Source: Vicugna vicugna
Lineage: Eukaryota
Direction: 5' to 3'
NCBI GenBank assembly: GCA_013265495.1
Contig: MU058009.1
Location: 3,367,780 to 3,431,779, forward strand
DNA length: 64,000 nt
Part shown: positions 23,801-35,886 of the stretch, piece after piece
Numbering within the stretch: position 1 is the stretch's first letter
Layout of the letters: each line of letters starts with the position of its first letter
Made by a program: the position numbers and the translations under genes
The notes under the pieces: generated by a model
Told to the model about the DNA's origin: nothing
Seen by the model: only the letters and a program-made list of their open reading frames with translations
Databases searched by the model: none

Positions 23801-24271
23801 GGAGACAGGGCCACCTGTTTCTAGCTACGCTGAGTAGGGGGTGTCGTGAGACAAGGTAGGAAAAATGTCCATCTAAAGGTCTGGTAAGAAGCCCAGGCTG
23901 GAAACTGGGGTTCAGGAGACACTAACTCGCAGGTGGGAGCGAAGATGGTAACAGAAAGCCCCCAGCATCTGTGAAGCAGACACACTGGGCCTGTGGCAAC
24001 TGGGCGTTCTGGGCCTTGGAAACTCGTCCCCTCCCCATTTTGACAGCTCCACCAGATGCCAGCTGGGCAGGCCCGAGTCAGCTCAATGGACAGGCTGATA
24101 CCGAGGCTGATACCTGTCCTCTTTCTAGTAATTCCACGTCTTTGAAAAGGAAGTTTCCACTGTTAAACTATTGACGAGACGTTCTCTGCCCCCTCTCAGC
24201 CCTCCCACGAGTGTGTAGTTTAGCAGAAATATGTGCAAAGTGGTGGGGTCTCTCTTGGACCACAGTGCACC

Positions 24272-24493
24272 TGAGACAGGGGGCAAGGGGCAGGACACAG
24301 CCATTGAAGAATGACGTAGAAATTAACACCGAGACGGTAGAAAAGTCAAAATAAATCTACTTAAATCTAGCACTTGAATTCTTTCCTGGCGAAGCCAAGG
24401 AGCCTAACTTGGCAGGGCACATCCCAGGGACTCAACCCAGACGGGGACACGGCCATCCTCTCAAAACACCACTCCCTTTTATTCCCTGTATCA
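24272..24493 (+). mobile_element. ERV1-type solo LTR, internally deleted
   Basis: TG...CA termini (TGAGACAGG...CCCTGTATCA), AATAAA near 24350, TTGAATTCTTTCCTGGCGAAGCCAAGG; flanks CACC/CACT (near-TSD of 4 bp); homologous to 27716-28309. Confidence 0.8.
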
Positions 24494-24620
24494 CACTCAG
24501 CCACATCTAGCCTGGACAGAGCTCTTTGTGGGTGAGGACCGAGGCTGCATGTGCTCTGTCATTGCTTTCTCATGAGTTTTTCCTCAATAACTGTTTTCCA
24601 CATTTTCACTTCGTGGCACT

Positions 24621-24678
24621 GGTGGTGGTGGTGGTGGTGGTGGTGTGTGTGTGTGTGTGTGTCTGTCTGTCTGTCTGT
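24621..24678. repeat. Compound microsatellite (GGT)n(GT)n(GTCT)n
   Basis: Read directly from the sequence. Confidence 0.9.
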
Positions 24679-25224
24679 GCCCCCTTTGCATGGCATCTGC
24701 CCTTACCTGACCTGGGGGAAGTGAACTTGGGGCAATGAAATGACCTCAAAACCAAGCTTCTGGCTGATATACCCAGGACTCACCGGGAATTAGCTGCAGA
24801 GATTAGGAGCGTGTAATTTATTCCAATCAGAAGTCAGTATAGGATTTTATGCAAGAGAATGACATGGTTTTCAATTTTCTTTTGGAGCATTGGCATGAAA
24901 TTCCATAATAAAAATAAAACCCAGACCCTTTAAGACTACCTTTGAAAGGAGAATTTCATGGTGGGAAAGTTCCCGGGACTCAGGACCCTGATTCCTCTTC
25001 CATGAATTCCTCCTGCACGTTTCTCTGTGACGCCCACCGTCGGTTCAGCCCGACAGACGTGTCACTCCTGTACCCTGCCCTTCGCTCCCCTCCACACAAC
25101 CCTGCAGCGAGGCCCAGCGCTCTCATTCGTTGTTTCAAAAATGGATAAACAATAACTCAAATGAGACTTTATTAAAATTTAGATTTTTATTTTTAAAAAA
25201 TCACAGACATCTTACAGCAAATCG

Positions 25225-25450
25225 TTACTGAGCGTTTTGCTCCATGAAGGGGGTTATGTGCGGTGCCCTGTGTGCAGGACCTCCTTTCATCTTCACGGCA
25301 GCCCCGTGAGGGAAGTCCTGTGATTATTCCCATTTTAAAGACAATGGGGGGGGGTGGAGGGAGAGTAAATAACATCTCCAAGATGGCTCAGCTGATCAGT
25401 GGTGGAGTCAGGATATGAATGAAAGCATTTGCCTCCAGGGCTCTTGCTCT
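25225..25450 (-). mobile_element. MIR
   Basis: TTACTGAGCG...ATCTTCACGGCAGCCCCGTGAGG...ATTATTCCCATTTTAAAGA...TGGTGGAGTCAGGATATGAA. Confidence 0.7.
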
Positions 25451-27480
25451 AAATTGCTCTGATGCGCCGTCTCCTGGAAGTAAGCAGAAGGTAACGCACA
25501 TCAACGGAGTCTTGCCATCGATGGCTTGTCCTGGATTTTGGGTTCACAGTCCTCACCATCAATAGTCAAGAGCAAGTAGGAAGAAATGCCTCCCTTTTTT
25601 GCCCCCAGACTCATCCCTTGTTCTAGACATGAGTTGCCCAGGGTCACCTACTGCTAGAAGCCCAGGACCTAGAGACTGAAGACCAGAGAGGGACGTAAAA
25701 GGAGTCTTCCGCCCCTACGCCTGCCTTCTGGAGTCTGGAGTTCAGCCTGCGGCATCGGCTCTGTCTGCGAGCTTGTCAGCAGGAGTCAGGTCCCTTTTCT
25801 GGGTCGGCCCTCCCTCCACAGGGGAGCGGGTCTCAGCTCTGCATTTCCGTTCACAGAGCAAACCCAGATCACACACGGGAGTCGCCGCCTTGTTGCACCG
25901 TCGCAGGCTGCTACGTGGGGTGGCTGGGAATTTCCTCATTCTTCTAGGTAGAACGCGCCTCTGCCTCTCCCCCTTTTCGGCCCCACCCGTGACCTGCTCC
26001 TGGCTCCGTCCTGGTGCTGGCTGTGGTCTCCTGCTCTGAGTCCGTGTCACCTCGAGGACAGGGATTCGCCTTGTTTCTGTGGCATCTCTTGCTTTCTCAC
26101 ACAAAATACGTGTTCAGTGGATGAGTGAGTCAATGAGTAAACTCAATGTAGCTCAAGCCTATTTTTTAACATCCAGTCTCCTGCCCTCAGACCCATCTCT
26201 CAAAAGGCCTCCTGAACTCTTTGATCTGTTGAGTATTTTAGGAAACATCACACAACTCAGTGGTAACTTAATAAATTCCTGTAGACTCTCCCATTAATTA
26301 CCTTGGTGACTGAACAACACTGGCCTGTATTGCCGTTTCATCGTGCTTGCTAATACGTCATTTTTATTCTCATCCTATTTCCCCACCCCCTCATCTGAAG
26401 TAATTTTTACTCTCTTCCATGTGGCACATTTTACCCCTCGTAATCAATATTAATTTCATTCTAAGATCCTATTTTGAGATATAGCTGTTTGCTTGGCTCA
26501 CGTTTGGAGGTGAAGAGGTCGTTTGTGGAATCTGTGCTTTCAAAGGAAACTTCTTACTGAGACACTCACCTGCCAGGCTGGCAGAGACACTCCTGTCTCG
26601 CTGCTGTACGGCTCGCATCCTGGCGTGTTTCTGCTTCAAGGTGACCGGGTCGCTCTTGGAGGGAGGGTGCCAGAGCTTGGGTGCAGCGAGCGTGGAGGGT
26701 GAGAGGGAACGGAATCCAGCAAGCAGGTGGTGTTGGCCCCGTCGCCCTGGATTTCTGTACAGTTGGCACGGTGGGGCTTGGCGGCGGGAGACGGAAGCAC
26801 GTCTCCAAACTGTCAGAAGCATTTGACACTCTGTGTGGAGTGGAGGTTCTAGGAAGGAAGCCATCTGGGAGGGGCCGATGGGAAAAAGGGTGGGGGGAAC
26901 CGAGATCAAAAGGTACCGTTTGGGAGAACGGACATTGGTGGGAAACTTCTGCCCCACGTTTGACAAACTCAGTCAGTTAAAGACCCTCCATTCGTCATGA
27001 CACTTGAGAGGGTTTGGAGAACTTATTTTTCATAGGATGAATAATGGGAGTTACCTACTTACCATTTACAAAGCCGGGGTGTTGCTGTACAATTGCGGAA
27101 CAGGAGCGAAATAGGAAATCATTTCTGTTCCTTCTGGACTCAGCGTTCTGAAAATTCAGAATGAGCCTTTCTTTTCTTGGCTTGCTTTTTTTTTTCCCCG
27201 GTCAGGGGAATGTTATCAATTGAGTAATTATGCAAAGGTTCCCATGGGGTAAACGCAGAGAGTGGAGATAGCTCTTTAAAATGAGAGCATAAATAGCAGT
27301 GTGGCTTATTCAGAAAGGGGTCCCTCTGACTCATAAATAGATCCAGGAGATGATGGAGCAGAGAAAGGCTGACGTCCGGAGGATGGGGACGTCCCTCCAT
27401 CTGTGTGCTCCATATTCACACACCAGTCTTTTTCTTTGTCCTCTTCTCTGTCTAAACAGCTAAATGAGAACTGCTGTAGC

Positions 27481-27559
27481 TTCCTGTCTCTCTCTCCCCC
27501 TTCCCGGTCCCATTTTCTCTTCCTCCCCCTCTCCCTTTCTCTCTCTCTCTTCTCTCTCC
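27481..27559. repeat. CT-rich polypyrimidine tract
   Basis: Nearly pure C/T over about 80 bp. Confidence 0.8.
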
Positions 27560-27715
27560 TATTCAACATTCTCTCCAAATTTTTGTCTCAGATTCCCCCC
27601 GGAATACATACTAATTAAAAAAAATACATAATTTTCTTTAGGCTTGATGTGTTTTGGATGGACTCACACATTTGAATGCTCATACTTAGAGCAGAAGTAC
27701 TGACACAGGGAGAGA

Positions 27716-28309
27716 CGATGCGGGAAAAAGTAGTGGGGGGGGCACAAGAGGATGGCCGTGTCCCAGGTCTCTGTTGAGTCCCCAGGATGTGCTCTGCCAA
27801 GTGTGAGCCCTTGGCTTCGCACAGGAAAGAATTCAACTGTGAGCCATAGTTGAGTAAAAGCAGATTTATTTAGAGAGATGTGCATGGCGGGGCGGGTAGG
27901 GGACGGTTAAAGTAAAGGCAGACACACACTTCAGGGACAGAGTGCTGACTGGCTCGGAAGGCGAGAGGGAGAGCGCGACCTCGAGGTGCGGAGCCGCCAG
28001 CGTCCCTGCGCCGGCAAGCGGGGGGTTATTCCAGCTACTTCGGGGGAGGGCTGGGGTCCCAGGGCTCGGCCCCGCCCCCTCTTTGAGCGCCCGCGCGCAG
28101 CCTCAGGCTGTCCTGGTGCCCGCGGGCGTGTCAGGTGCCATGCCGCACCTTACATTGTGTGTAAAGTAGCTGCAGTTCCCCGGGAGGTCGAACCTCCTGC
28201 CGCTTGGGCCTCCAGGCCTACTGGGAGTTGACTTTCCCGCCGTCTTGGTGCCGATTGCTGTGCTGTTGAGTGTGCTTTGGTTCGCTCTCCCACGCCGACA
28301 CCTGCCTCA
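27716..28309 (-). mobile_element. ERV1-type solo LTR
   Basis: Minus strand reads TGAGGCAGG...CACCAAGACGGCGGGAAAGTCAA...AATAAATCTGCTTTTACTCAAC...TTGAATTCTTTCCTGTGCGAAGCCAAGG...GGGACACGGCCATCCTCT; no clean TSD seen. Confidence 0.8.
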
Positions 28310-31248
28310 CTAAGGGTTGGTGAGGGGATGCTCACACGACTCGCTGTTCTTGTTGTTCTCGCCCCAGACTCAGCTCACCTCTTCCACAGGGCGCGCGCGT
28401 GCGGGGGGGAAGGCGGTGGTCGCCCGCCACGCGCACCTGGTTCTAATGTCTCTCGTCAGGTGTGTGGCCTTCCACAACTTGCCCGGGCTTCACATGTCCA
28501 CCTTGGAGTAGAGAGAGTAATGTCCTCTTCTCAAGGTTGTCCCACGGCTCGTGAGATGGGGACAGTTTTCACCAGCACGCGAGTGTCCCCTGCCCACCAG
28601 CCTGGCCACCAACGAGCGTGTTGCTACCGCTCTGTCCAGAGCCCGCGCAGCTCTCTTTCCTCCCAAGGCGAGGTCAGTCTCTGACAGCTGGCTCTGCAGT
28701 GGTTGCGATGCGGAATCAAGGGAAAGAGGAAAGGGAGATGTGACCACGAGGTGGGAGGCCACAAGAAAGGAGCGGGAGACCAGGGCCTGCGGCGGGAGCT
28801 CGGCGTCTGGGGAGAACGTGGGGTGTTCGGAGAGGGCTGTGGGGCCACTGGAGAGGAGAGCAGGTGTTCAGTTTGTTTTTAGGAAGTACTGCTGTCTCTT
28901 CACGTAGTTTAGGGGAGTTGGAATCGCAGTCCCTTTAAACACTCATTTGCAACTTTCGGACCGTGATCCTTTGAATGAATCACCCCGGGGAGACTGGCCC
29001 CACGGAGACCCAGGCCTCAGTGCACGCGCCTTGGCGGAGGTGATGGGTGGATGCCGGGCTCCTCGCGCACAGCCCGGAACACAGGCACCTGGTACGTTCC
29101 GGCCGCTCCTCCCACCCCTGCGGCCTCGCCGACGCCGTCCCGGGCCAGGCAGGCAAAGCGCCGGGGCAGACGACGAAGGCAGTCATGGATGCAGGTCACC
29201 CCAAAGCCCCCTTTGCTCCAATTATTTGAGCGTTTCCAGGGGAAGTGCGTCTGGGGTTTGAATTATTTAGATAATTGATCTGAGTCTCCACTACACTCGC
29301 CCTCCAGTCAGAAGGAACCGCGGAGCTCGTTGCAAAGTTGGCTTCTGGGGTTTACTGCTCTTTCCTAGGTCATTTATTGAAAACGGCGCGTGAAATCTGA
29401 TGTCCTCAAGCCGGCAGCCGATCATGTGAGTGGTCCTGGGTCCGGCTGGCTGGGCGTGACGTCCCGGTCGGCCTCGGGGCCACAGCTCCGTGGGGACGGT
29501 CTGAGCCGCGGGCGCCCGGCCGGCCTTTCCCGCTGACGCTGGCGAGGTCAGGGCTCTGTGGAGAGGATGCAGTTAAGGGGGAAAACAAGGAGGAAGAAGA
29601 AATAAAAAAATAAAAAAATCACACAAAACACCCGTCGAGAAAGGAGACTTCGCCATCAAAGGAAATAAATGCAATGAAAGAAGGAGAGGAGTGTCTGACG
29701 GTTCAGACCTCACCGGGGGTCCGCCGTCTCCCCTCGTCTGTGTCTGGGGAAAACAGGGGTGGAGGGGGGAGCATTCTCCCTGAGTTTTGTCAAGTGAAAG
29801 ATGTGTAATATGGGAATCAGCCCCTTGTGAGGAGGAGGTCTGCGGACGCGCTGCCCCGGCGGCAGCCACGATCATGCAGCCCTAATCGTGTCTGGTGTCG
29901 GCTCAGACCCAGAGGGACGAGGAGGGAGGGAAAGCGCCGAGACGGGGGATTCCAGTCACGTACCGAGGGGCACCGCGGGGAGAGGCGCTGGCCGTGGGGA
30001 CCTGGACGGATGCTCGGTTTTTGACCTCGACACTCTCTGAAACTGACTTTTGATCATTCCTTCGGTTTTTAATTTCCACAGCTTGATTCCCCCTGAAGGA
30101 TTTGGGCATTTGCTTGGGAACCCGTGTTGAGTCCTAATCTGCCTGTCTCCTTCCAGGTGAGGCTGAGGGTGTGAGGGGCCGTCTGGGAACCGGAGCCCCG
30201 GGGCCCGAGAGCCTGGCTCCCGCCACCTGACAACGGCCCGGCTGCTGCCCCATTCAGGACGGCTTCAGGGTTTTCTCCAGGGTCATACAAATAAGCCTTC
30301 ACTCTCAGGAGTGTCTGGGGGTGAGTCCCTTCAAAATCAAGCCTTGCCCAGGAGCCCTCAGGTGGCCTCTCACCATCCCCCATTCTCTGTCCACTCAGCT
30401 CTGGATGGGGAGGCGACACAGCATGGTGAAAGCACCTTGCGCTTCGGAGCCAACGACCTGCTCAGCTCCCTACCAGGTGGCCACCGTGGGAAAGGGAGCC
30501 AGTTACTACCTGGTCTGCCTGATGGTTAAGCGGAATGTCTGTCGTTCTTTTAGGGGAGGTGGCAGACACTGAGACAGGACAAGGGAGAGGGAGAGGGAGC
30601 GTGAGCCTGCCTAATGCACTGCCTGGCGCGCAGCAGGTGCTCAGTGCCAGGTAGGAGCACTCAGCCGTCCTGCGGACACTGAGAGCCAGCTCCTTGCCGG
30701 ACACTCGGCTGGACACTGGGGTCACAGGAGGAAAAGTGTGCATGCCACAAGGAATGGCTTGGGGATCTCAGGTAATTTTTCATCTCTTGCACATAGAAAC
30801 TGCAGGCAGCACTAATTTTGAGGAAGGCGGCAGCTATGCCTGGAGATTGTCGTGCAGAACATTTTTGACATGTTAATGACATTCTCCTACCACGGAGCTG
30901 CCTCGGCGTGCCTCTGGGCTGGTTCACATCACTGCTGATTAAGGAAACAAACACAGGGGCTTGTCATAGGCATTGTTTGTGAGGGCGGCTGCTGCGGAGT
31001 CTCCGAGAAGCCCTGCGGGTGAGGCACAGACGGTCTAAGGGAAGGCCTAACGTCGTTGTTCGCTGAAGGGCTGCGCAGGTGGGGCCCTGCGGTAATAACG
31101 ACTGCATCGCAGCCGCTTTCCAAAGACGTTTCCTGTCTTAACTGGGAAGTGATTAATGTATAAGTTGCGAGCATCTCTAGCAGAAGTGAATGGAAGGAGA
31201 CATTTGGGGATGGGAAAGGGGTAAGGTCTTTATCTGCGCCCCATAAAT

Positions 31249-31400
31249 CAGCGCTTCTGAAACCGCGTTGTACAGGGATCGCCTGGGACTTGGGTTAAAA
31301 TGCGGATTCTGATGCAGCTGGTCTGGGGTAGGGCCTGCGAGTCTGCGTTTCTGAAGCTCCCAGGTACCGCTGGTCCCCGGACCACACTGTGAGGAGCAAG
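31249..31400. mobile_element. MER5A-like hAT-Charlie element
   Basis: GTTAAAATGCGGATTCTGATGCAGCTGGTCTGGGGTAGGGCCTGCGAGTCTGCGTTTCT...GCTGGTCCCCGGACCACACTGTGAG. Confidence 0.8.
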
Positions 31401-32204
31401 GCACGGCACGTCAGCGCTATCTCTGCCCCCGACACTGGAGGCGCCCGATTCATTCAACTTCCTTCCTGGGCCGTGTTTTACACTTCCCTGGTTCTGCTTC
31501 TGCTGGGACTCCCATTTGATCCTCCAGGTGCGCCCTCCCCAGCGTCCTGGAGGCAGATCTCCCAGGAAGACTCACAGACGCCGACTCCCGGGGGCTTCCA
31601 TCCAGAGCGCGGTGGGGGAGAGGCTGCGCGGCTCCCCGGGGTTTCGTCAGCGGGAGTTCCGTCTCCGCCGGCTGCGGCCCCTCCCGTGTTTGGACAACGA
31701 TGATTAAAGGCCCACATGTTTCCAGCCGAGTGTTGGAGACTGGCTGGCAGGCTTGAAAAGCCAACTTTGCCAGAGGTTGATAAGCACTGGGGAAATATTT
31801 TTCATGCTGAGCAGGACTCTGCAAATTGCCCAGCATCTGGAACAAATTGCTGTCTGGGTACCTGGGCTGCAGAGAAGCAGGTGAGAAGAGGCTGCTGTCA
31901 GACCGAGAGAGAGTCTCCTTACGCTGCAGGCCGCAGAGTGGTACCTGCAGCCCCGGGGATGCTGCGGGGTGTCCGTGCCGCTGCTGGGAGCCGCAGCTCC
32001 CACGTGGAGCCGGCAACCCAGGGAGTAGGGTTTTGCAGAGAGGGTGGAAAAACGTGGATTCGGAACAGGGGAGAGGGACTCACCATGGATCGGGGTGCCT
32101 GGACCACAGTGAGCTCTGAGTGCCAGACACAAGGGTAGCACAAGGGATCCTGGCTAAGCTGGCTCCCCCAAGGGCCTCTTTGTCCCAGGGCTCTGGCCTA
32201 GGCC

Positions 32205-32350
32205 CTGTATGCGTTACTCTGTGAATCCTCATACCGACTCTTTGAAATAGGTAGGTTCTTTTTTATTCCCATTTTACTGATGAAGAAATTGAGGCCAGGA
32301 GAAGTGAAGTGAATTGCCCAAGAATATGCCCCTGGTGGGCAGAGCTAAGG
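32205..32350 (-). mobile_element. MIR
   Basis: ATTCCCATTTTACTGATGAAGAAATTGAGGCCAGGAGAAGTGAAGTGAATTGCCCAAG. Confidence 0.85.
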
Positions 32351-33026
32351 ACACAAGCAGCATCCTGTGAATACAGCAGCTGCAGGTTGTGGAGGGACAG
32401 GTGGCGTGCCACCAGCAGTCCCTTCCCTCAGCACTGTCCTCCTGCTGGCCACCACGCCCTCCCTCCCCGGGCACTCCCTGCCTCCAAGCACCCCCTCTCC
32501 ACTCCCTGCCCCTGCCGTCCCACGTCCACACAGGACACATCCTGCCCCGGTTCTTTTTCCTTGTTAATGCCCACCCTCCCCTGATCGCTCCTGGAAACCG
32601 GCACAGCCTGCTTGCATCACCTCTTAGCTGTGTGCTGTGAAGTGACCAAGAGGCCAGCTGGCAAGGCTGGTGGTGAGGTGGTGCTGGTCCATGCTGGTCC
32701 CCCGCTGGCAGTGGGCCGGCTCAGGCGACCCAGACTGTGCGTCCTCCTCCCCTGCAAGGGGGCACTCACAGAAGAGGATGCGGGCACCACTGACTAGCAA
32801 AACCCTAGTCCTGAGCTAATGGCGCCCAGCGACTCCCCCTCCTCCTCCCGGGTCAGCAGCAGGGGAGGAGATGCGTTCAACCCGGCGGCAGCGAGGACTC
32901 GGGCTCTCGGAGCCTAACGCTGCTCACCAGGCCTTTCTCTCGCTTTTGCTCAGTTCCTTCTCTGGGTTCTCCCCGGCTCTTAGAATCTTTCTCCAATATT
33001 TTATCCCTTCCCGTTTCTTTACCAGT

Positions 33027-33094
33027 TTCTTTTCTTTTCTTTTCTTTTCTTTTTTGGCATTATAGGTTATTAGAAGATATTGAATATAGTTCCC
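33027..33094 (-). mobile_element. Very short L1 3'UTR fragment with T-rich tail
   Basis: CATTATAGGTTATTAGAAGATATTGAATATAGTTCCC matches the other L1 3'UTR copies (e.g. 42746-42781). Confidence 0.65.
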
Positions 33095-33401
33095 TTCATT
33101 TCTTTCCTTTGCTTCCTTCTCCTCTGCCTAGAGGCATACTGCTCCCCATGTGGGGGGCCAAAAACATGGCCCCCAAAGAGATGAGCCTCCTAACCCCTGG
33201 CACTGCGACTGTTACCTTGGACAGCAAGGAGTGAGCGTCACCTTACACGGCGAAGATGGAATTAAGTTAAATATCGTGGAAGAAGGCGCTTACTCGGGAG
33301 GGCCAAGTGAGGCCCTGAATGCAACCCTAAGCGACCTGATAAGACAGTGACGGGGGGTGTTCGGGGACAGACACCCCGAGGAGAAGGCAAACATAGACGT
33401 T

Positions 33402-34148
33402 TGCACTTGTCAGGATCCTCCAGGGAAGGAGAAATGAGAGGAAACAGACAGAAAGGGAGAGGGGCTCGCTGTGCGCTGCCACAGGCCTGTGGGGGCCCGG
33501 AGCCTCGCAGGGTCTGATGTGCGTGGCCGCGGGCCGGGGCCGGGGAGCTGGCGGAGCGAGTCCCTGCCTTGGGGCGGGGGGTGGGGGCGGGCGTCCCGCC
33601 CAGGGGGTCGGGCAGAGAGGGCCGGCGCTCCTGCCTCTGCCTGTGCGACCTGCGTCCGCCCCTGGTGTGTTCCCAGGAAAAGGAAAATAGGAAATACCTC
33701 GGTTCTTAGTCACCCGAAAACAGCTTTTTGACGAGAAACAAAAGGCGTGATATAAGCAGGACTTTCATCAGTGAAGCGAAACGAGCAGTGAGAGATCGTC
33801 CGCGCCCGAGGACCTGGGGCCGGGCTGGCCCGAGGGGGAACACGGCGCCGCTCCCTCGCTTTCTCCCGCTTTTATATCCTGGTTCTGTGATTGATCGACT
33901 GATTGATTGATGATTGGCAACTCAAGTTCCCTGTGCTCTGGTTGACTGACAGCTCGGGTTCCTTGTGTTCTGGATGGTTCCTCTCCCCTTGCCCAGCGCT
34001 CATTTCTATCTAAACTGCCTAACAAGGGGCTAGGTGGTGCCCCCCCACACTGGGGCGGGTCCCCACGGACACACCTGGGAGTCAGGTTTAGGCAGGTGTC
34101 TGGGCACGCAGCGACCCAGCCAGGGGACGCACACAACGAGCCACCACA
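33402..34148 (-). mobile_element. MLT2 (ERVL) LTR nested in MLT1, itself split
   Basis: Minus strand starts TGTGGTGGCTCGTTGTGTGCGTCCCCTGGCTGGG...GTGCCCAGA...TAAAC...GGTGTGTCCGTG and ends CCCTGGAGGATCCTGACAAGTGCA, paralleling the MLT2 termini. Confidence 0.7.
33668..34024 (-). mobile_element. ERV1-like LTR nested in MLT2
   Basis: TGTT...AACA inverted termini; on the minus strand CCAATC (about 33911-33916) precedes ATATAAAA (about 33870-33877); GGTTCTTAGTC near the 3' end; no clean TSD. Confidence 0.6.
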
Positions 34149-35106
34149 GTACAGGAGAGGTGCAGCCGCCAGGCAAGGACGCCAGTGGTCCCCGGTGGGG
34201 GCTGGGGGAAGGGGCAAGGGTCAGACTTTCCCTTAGCGCCTTCGGAGGGAGTGTAGCCCCGCGGACACCTTGATTTTCGCCTCCCGGCCTCCAGAGTCAT
34301 GAGAGGATACATTTGGATTGTTTTAAGCCGCCCGTCTGGGGGAGTTGGTGGCAGTGGCTCTGGGGGATGGAGGCATCCTTGCTGTATACAATCATCTTCC
34401 CCAAGTACTGTCTCCCCGGAGCTGCTGACTGTCTCTCCCGCTGTTGTCACGCAGGTTAACCCTCTGAGTCCCCCCCACCCCCATGCTTCCCCTCCCAGCC
34501 CTGCCTGGGGCTTCCCTGCCCTGAGACGAGGGCACCAGCATCCTCTCGACCGTCCAGCTCATTGGCCGGCTGCATCCCTGCTTCCTTCCTCAGTGACATC
34601 ACGTCTGCTTCTGTCCATCCTTTATTTTGGGCTTCCCTTCTTCTGCCAACTTTTGAAACATGGGTTCCCATCTGGCTTCCCTCCTTGACACCCCCTTCTC
34701 CTCTCAGTCCACGTGCCCCCTATCCAGGTTTTGGCAACAAAGGCCCGTGGTCTTGTGGGAGGGCTGTGCTCGCGTCCTGTTCCAGACCTCAGTCCCCTCT
34801 CCCCTTCTGCTCCCAGCTCCCGCAGACCAAGTGGACATTACCCTTTCTGGGTGTGGCAAAATCAAAAGCAGCCATCACACGATGTCACCAAACCAAAGTG
34901 CACTGAGTTTATCAGAAGACACTGCAAGATTCAGACACACGAGCCTTAATCAGAGCCCTGGCTGTCAGCTGTCCTTGTTCTCCAGACACCCTTCGTCCTG
35001 CGCTGCGATGGCCCAGCCGGTGGGGGGGGGGGCACCAGAAGGCGCTTCCTTGCGGTGGAGGTTGTGCAGACCTCAACCCTTTCGCCAGGTAACTCCATCA
35101 GTGTTT

Positions 35107-35886
35107 CTTTTTTTTTTTAGTTGAACATAGTTTACAACATTGTGTCATTTCTGGTGTACAGCACAATGTTTCAGTCATACATGAACATATGTATATTCAT
35201 TTTCATATTCTTTTTCACCATAAGCTACTATAAGATATCAAATATAGTTTCCTGTGCTGTACAGCATAAACTTGTTTATCTATTTTATATATACCAGTCA
35301 GTATCAGCAGATCTTGAACTCCCGATTTATCCCTTCCCACCCCCTTCCTCTGGTAACCATAGTTTTGTTTTCTATGTCTGTGAGTCTGTTTCTGTTTTAT
35401 ATATAACTTCATTTGTCTTTTTTTTAGATTCCACATATGAGTGATATCATATGGTATTTTGCTTTATCTTTCTGGCTCACTTCACTTAGAATAACATTCT
35501 CCAGGGCCATCCATGTTGCTGCAAATGGCATTGTTTTATTATTTTTATGGCTGAGTAATATTCCATTGTATGAATATACCACAACTTCTTTATCCAGTCC
35601 TCTGTTGATGGACATTTAGGTTGTTTCCATGTCTTGGCTCTTGTATACAGTGCTGCTGTGGACACTGGGGTGCAGGTGTCTTTTCGAATTAAGGATCCCT
35701 CTGGATATATGCCCAGGAGTGGGATTACTGGACTGTATGGTAAGTCTATTTTTAGTTTTTTGATAAATCTCCATACTGTTTTCCATAGCGGCTGCACCAA
35801 ACTGCATTCTCACCAACAGTGTAGGAGGGTCCCCTTTTCTCCACAGCCTCCACAGCATTTGTCATTTACAGAGTTCTGAGTGTCCA
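35107..35886 (-). mobile_element. 5'-truncated L1 with ORF2 C-terminal remnant and TSD
   Basis: Translations [32 protein letters not shown] and MPFAATWMALENVILSEVSQKDKAKYHMISLICGI are L1 ORF2p C-terminus (frameshifted); poly-T at left; TSD ATCAGTGTTT at 35097-35106 and 35887-35896. Confidence 0.97.

Larger units (their letters stand above)
33149..34375 (+). mobile_element. MLT1 (MaLR) LTR split by insertions (pieces about 33149-33400 and 34150-34375)
   Basis: Left piece TGTGGGGGGCCAAAAACATGGCCCCCAAAGAGATG...GAGGAGAAGGC; right piece GGACACCTTGATTTTCGCCTCCCGGCCTCCAGAGTCATGAGAGGATACATTTGGATTGTTTTAAGCC. Confidence 0.8.

Noticed and set aside
33640..33667. Primer-binding site or ERV internal sequence next to the nested LTR
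   Set aside because: No TGG-initiated tRNA complement; the adjacent DNA is better explained as MLT2.
35072..35094. Further AG|GT motifs (35088, 4839, about 920)
   Set aside because: Short pyrimidine tracts or weak donors; chance-level matches.
35424..35858. Protein-like ORFs
   Set aside because: Frameshifted L1 ORF2 remnants in a 5'-truncated element.
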